Of a stretch of 64,000 nt of DNA, positions 59,801 through 64,000 are shown piece by piece. Numbering within the stretch: position 1 is the first letter of the stretch; every line of letters begins with the position of its first letter. The notes below the pieces were generated by a model. That model was not told the origin of the DNA, did no database searches, and was given only the letters and a program-made list of their open reading frames with translations. The DNA comes from Bugula neritina (taxonomy: Eukaryota; Animalia; Bryozoa), in contig OZ037769.1 in assembly GCA_964035545.1 (NCBI GenBank), forward strand, positions 8,909,929 to 8,973,928, written 5' to 3'. The position numbers and the translations under genes are program-made.

Positions 59801-61612
59801 GCACACCCTGAGTCTAGCCTCAAAGTTTCTATTTGAAGTCTATTCAACATTTGATTGAGTTTGAGCTTCCTATTGACTTTGCACACATTGTAGATGTTCC
59901 ACCAATGCCAGACACTAGTACACAGAGTTGACAACAAAATAAAGAAAACTCCCAGCATTCAGCAAGGAAAGTTGGCTAAAAATGTCATGTCTTCCATAGC
60001 CCGGGATCTACAAGACTTGTCGGCTCATTTTAGAAAATCTCAGTCCGACTATTTAGAAAGTGAGTATTGATGTTTGATGAGTTTTCAGATAGCCGCACGT
60101 GTGTTAGCCTAAGTAACACTTCATATTGTATGCTCTAGAAATGAAGGGGAGGGAAGAAAGGGCCTCGCACTTGTTCAGTACCACAACAGATACTCATGAA
60201 CTGGATAGCCAAGGTTTTGAAGAAATTGATCTATATGATAGGGTAAGGTAGAAATTTTTTTTTGAAGTATAAGCAAGTTATTTTAGGTAGGAAAACTCCT
60301 AATGATCTGTAATTTCAGTTAATTTATACAAAAACAATGTGTTTGGACACGTATTTTACGGTTTTCTTGTTCACATGTAAAGAGATTGCAGAATAGTTGA
60401 GTGCTTTGGCCTGACAGTTGTGGTTTTGATGTCCTATTACTTCTTGAAATTCTGGGGAATAAAACCCTACAGAAAACAGTTCATCATTATATGAGTGTAC
60501 ACTGATATGGCATATTACACTCAGTATGTGCATATATTACACTGTGTTACACTATATTATGTTTATATGTTATATGTTTATATATGTATATTTCACTGTC
60601 TGTGTTTATATATGTATATTACTCTGTATATAGTTTATATGTATATTATACTGTATATGTTTTATATGTATATTATACTGTATATGTTTTATATGTATAT
60701 TATACTGTATATGTTTTATATGTAAATTATACTGTATATGTTTTATATGTATATTATACTGTATATGTTTATATATTACACTGTATAATATCGAATTATG
60801 TTTATAGACGTTTGCAAGAGAGCACTTGCAAATGGTAGAAGACAACTCTAAGATGGTAGAGCACAGAGAACAGGCTATCAAGAATGTTTCCAAGTCAATA
60901 GTAGATTTGAATATGATATTTAAGGACTTGGCAGCCATGGTTGTGGATCAGGTATGACGACTCCCGCTAAGCTGCTTGTATTCAACAGCTGTTTAGTTCG
61001 CAGTAATATGCATTCCATTATTCAGTATATCTCATTCTCTCACTGTAGCTCTTTACAACTTTAAATGATAATAAATAAATAAAGAAATAGTGGGTTTCTA
61101 TCCAATACAGGCTAAGATCTTCAAGTTAAATCACTATTTGTATTTCGTCAAAGATTCAATTATTAGAAAACACTATTATTCTCTATTAATTTTGTTGTCG
61201 ATTAAATTTTTTTCTAAAGTATATTTTGCACCTTTCAGTGCCCTGACTTGTTAGCATTATAATGTAATTTATAGTGAGAAAATCTGATAATACAGACCCT
61301 AAGTTTATTTTGAATATGATTTCTTTATTAGCCATACTAACTAAGGCATCAATTATATTGGCTGAAATTAGTTTTGTGACATGTCATTGTAAATGTCTTC
61401 TTCATGCAGTAAGATGAACTTTCCAGGGTACTGTGTTGGATAGAATAGACTATAATATTGAGCAGACCTCAATCAATGTTGAAGAAGGACATAAGCAGCT
61501 TATAAAAGCTGAGTCACATCACAAGAAGAACAGGAAGATGTGGTTTATTCTCATACTAGCTGGAATCTGTGTCATTCTCATTATTGTACTAATAGTCAAG
61601 ACATCCCACTGA
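56814..61612 (+). CDS. STX16: Syntaxin-16. Exons approx. 56814-56894, (optional 58502-58537), 58845-58942, 59377-59429, 59630-59736, 59894-60059, 60139-60242, 60808-60951, 61428-61612
   Basis: N-peptide [16 protein letters not shown]; DDRTALV; LPPDWVD; HLNRPSLDD; SNARE motif [18 protein letters not shown]|[13 protein letters not shown]; C-terminal TM helix. Confidence 0.95.
59517..59620. repeat. 23-bp tandem repeat (cattgatgtctactcattgtgta)
   Basis: About 4.5 copies just before an STX16 acceptor site. Confidence 0.85.
60560..60790. repeat. 27-bp AT-rich minisatellite
   Basis: tatatgtatattatactgtatatgttt units in an STX16 intron. Confidence 0.9.
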
Positions 61613-63391
61613 TATCTTGTCTTCATGTGGTTAGTCCAAGTAACTTCCTCTTCTATCTCTATCTCTCTAGTCCAAGTTGTAATTCATTCCTTCCTGAGGA
61701 TTATGGTTTTGCATATATTCTAAAATAAGAGGAGCTTGTGTTTTCCAACTCTCCCCTTCCCTGGGCATATAGATATATACATAATACATGCCCTGTAGTC
61801 AGCACTGAGATTTCACATTCTATTTGTATTTTATGCAATCAGCCATAAACTATTAGTATTTGTTTCTATTTTTAGAGCAGTGAGTTCATAGACTGTGGTA
61901 TATTTTTGTCAGATGGTTTAGATATAGGCTGTACTGTTGTTAAATCGATTCACTTGCTACAGGCTGAGGTGCTAGGTCTAGGTTTCCTTAGTATATGCAG
62001 TTCTAAATGTTAGAATAATTCATTAACCCCTGTAATGTCCTTAGTGTAAATTTTATTATCGATAATATTTATTTCAAAACAATCATATTTATGTGTATTA
62101 CCTATATTATAATATTATTGCCGCATATTTATATGATTTAAAAATTGACATAAACTACCCTTTTAATTTTTGAAATTTTCTATATTTTGTTGATCATTCG
62201 AAATATAAATATTTCTTTAAAACGTATACATGCATATTTTATACCAATACCAAAGATTTTAGTATGGATATTAGTAAGCATTATTTATTTCAAGCTTAAA
62301 GGTTGACAGCAAAAAGCAGTTTTTGGAGCTAAAATTTATCATATTTTAGGCCTTTTGATGCCTAACAACGTTTATTTCTCTATAAATCTAGATATTTGCT
62401 TTCAATCTTTTTGTTATTGAAAACTTGTATAATTATTTACTAGCCATGTCTATATTACTACAGGCCTAAACTCTTTGATCTGGCTTTAAAGTTGGTTAGA
62501 GTTGTCCACTCTCAAGCTTTCTAATAATCCAAAAGTTTTCCAGGCATCAAAACTGAGTTTATATAGATATGGATGTTTCTATTACATGTGCAACTGCACG
62601 ATGCCACAATTATAAGTTGAAAGTGACACTCACTCCAAAATAGCTGTTTGAAACCTGCTTCTATTTTATTAAAAAAACTTTATAACAAAAAAGCAGTAGT
62701 GCATTTAATACAGGAATGATAGTAACATACATTATTAGCAGCAACTTTTCCTATCCTTCAACTCTGGTCTTACTATAACAGCTAAATGAAGTGGCAACTT
62801 CTGCTACTGAAGAATATATAACAAATATTTCTAAATAAGCTTATTTTCGAGGGAAAGAATTTCCTAAGGTTTCGTCAACTGAACAGTGTGTAACACTGCA
62901 GGTTCTCTACCACAATTTGACCTGTATAAGGCACACATTTTAACTTTAAATTACATGCATTTTATGGAAGCAATATATTCTTGGTTCTTACCACTCAAAT
63001 GCTGAAAATGCATTGTGTAGTTAGTGGAACTGGTTCTTAAATTGTGGCACTCACTGGAGCAATTTAAGTAATACAAACTTTTTTGTTGGTTAGTTACGCA
63101 CAGCAATAGTCATCTAGTTGTATACATTTAGTGTATACATAGCCTACTATATTGCTACACCATAATAATTAACTAATTTTGTACACATGTATACATATAT
63201 TCCCATCATTTACATAACGTTTTGAAAAAATTTTAAAGTGCTGTGTGGCTTGCAATCTCTGTGAGCCTATTTTGTATGTTTTTGAAAAATACAGATACAG
63301 TATGCTGCTTTTGGGGGGTTTTTGTTATTTATTGGGTAATAATTTGAATACAAAAATATTTTTTAAGTGCAATTATTTTCTATATATGTAG

Positions 63392-64000
63392 TCAATTGTT
63401 CGAAGGCTTAAAGTCAGCAAATTTCACACAGCAAACATTGTAACCATCACATGGACTCTTTCCAGTAGCGGTGTCAATAGCCACAGGGATTTCAGAGCCT
63501 TCACAGTTTGTCCTACAGATCCCACTGACTCTGCCCTGCATTGCCCAGTCTGCGTCACATGCCTCTCTTTCACCTGAAACAAGTCACGGCTAAACTTCAA
63601 ACTGCAACTGTTCGTGACTCATACACATTTACATGTACTTTCAATGGCCTAGTACAAAGTTCAAGCATATTTCAAATATAAAAGTATATTATTTTGTTAC
63701 CTGGCAGTGCTGTGATTATGGTAACTAGTACTCCCAAAAAGACGACAAAAGCTGTGTTTCTAAAAAAAGAGAAAACATAAAAAAAGCGACTATGTTATGT
63801 GCATATGTAGTTAGCATTTTCTCTTCATGTAATTTGAAACTTCAATTTCTCATACAAGCAATTTTTGTTAAAAAGTCCAATGTGTTAAAAATATTTTCAT
63901 TAGTGAGTAATTTCAGAAGCAAGTGTTGTATTAACCAAGCTTACCTTCCCATCTTTGTATGTCTGATTTATCTTTTGTTTCTTTGCTAGAGCTGTCTTCG
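63392..64000 (-). CDS. 3' part of a beta-defensin-like six-cysteine secreted peptide. Exons 63945->64000 and 63392-63573
   Basis: Phase-1 GT-AG splice gives ...EDSSSKETKDKSDIQRWEG|EREACDADWAMQGRVSGICRTNCEGSEIPVAIDTATGKSPCDGYNVCCVKFADFKPSNN*, with cysteine pattern C-x13-C-x3-C-x17-C-x5-CC. Confidence 0.7.

Overview
AT-rich, intron-containing eukaryotic DNA from an invertebrate animal (a compact lophotrochozoan-like genome is an inference only). Most entries in the six-frame ORF track are spurious; the real genes were rebuilt by hand from GT-AG exons. Gene order: 3' end of NAGLU (+), FoxJ1 (+), TMX1 (+), THUMPD3 (-), a GALNT1/13-type GalNAc transferase (+), a divergent 7-exon Mab-21/cGAS-like gene (-), an orphan 157-aa secreted prepro-protein (+), TYW5 (-) with a Rex/Babar-like LINE in its last intron, CCDC25 with an intronless CDS (-), STX16 (+), and the 3' part of an anionic beta-defensin-like gene (-) that runs off the window. 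MITEs, tRNA-derived SINEs and many intronic minisatellites are also present. Best leads: (1) the Mab-21/cGLR gene, which appears to lack most catalytic residues; (2) two candidate secreted defence-peptide genes not recognisable from the ORF track; (3) CCDC25 and TYW5 apparently sharing one promoter or leader (nested retrogene or operon); (4) a TAGT/ACTA-rich low-complexity tract in the promoter-proximal first intron of each housekeeping-type promoter in the window but absent from the regulated genes. All homology calls come from recalled family motifs; no database searches were run.
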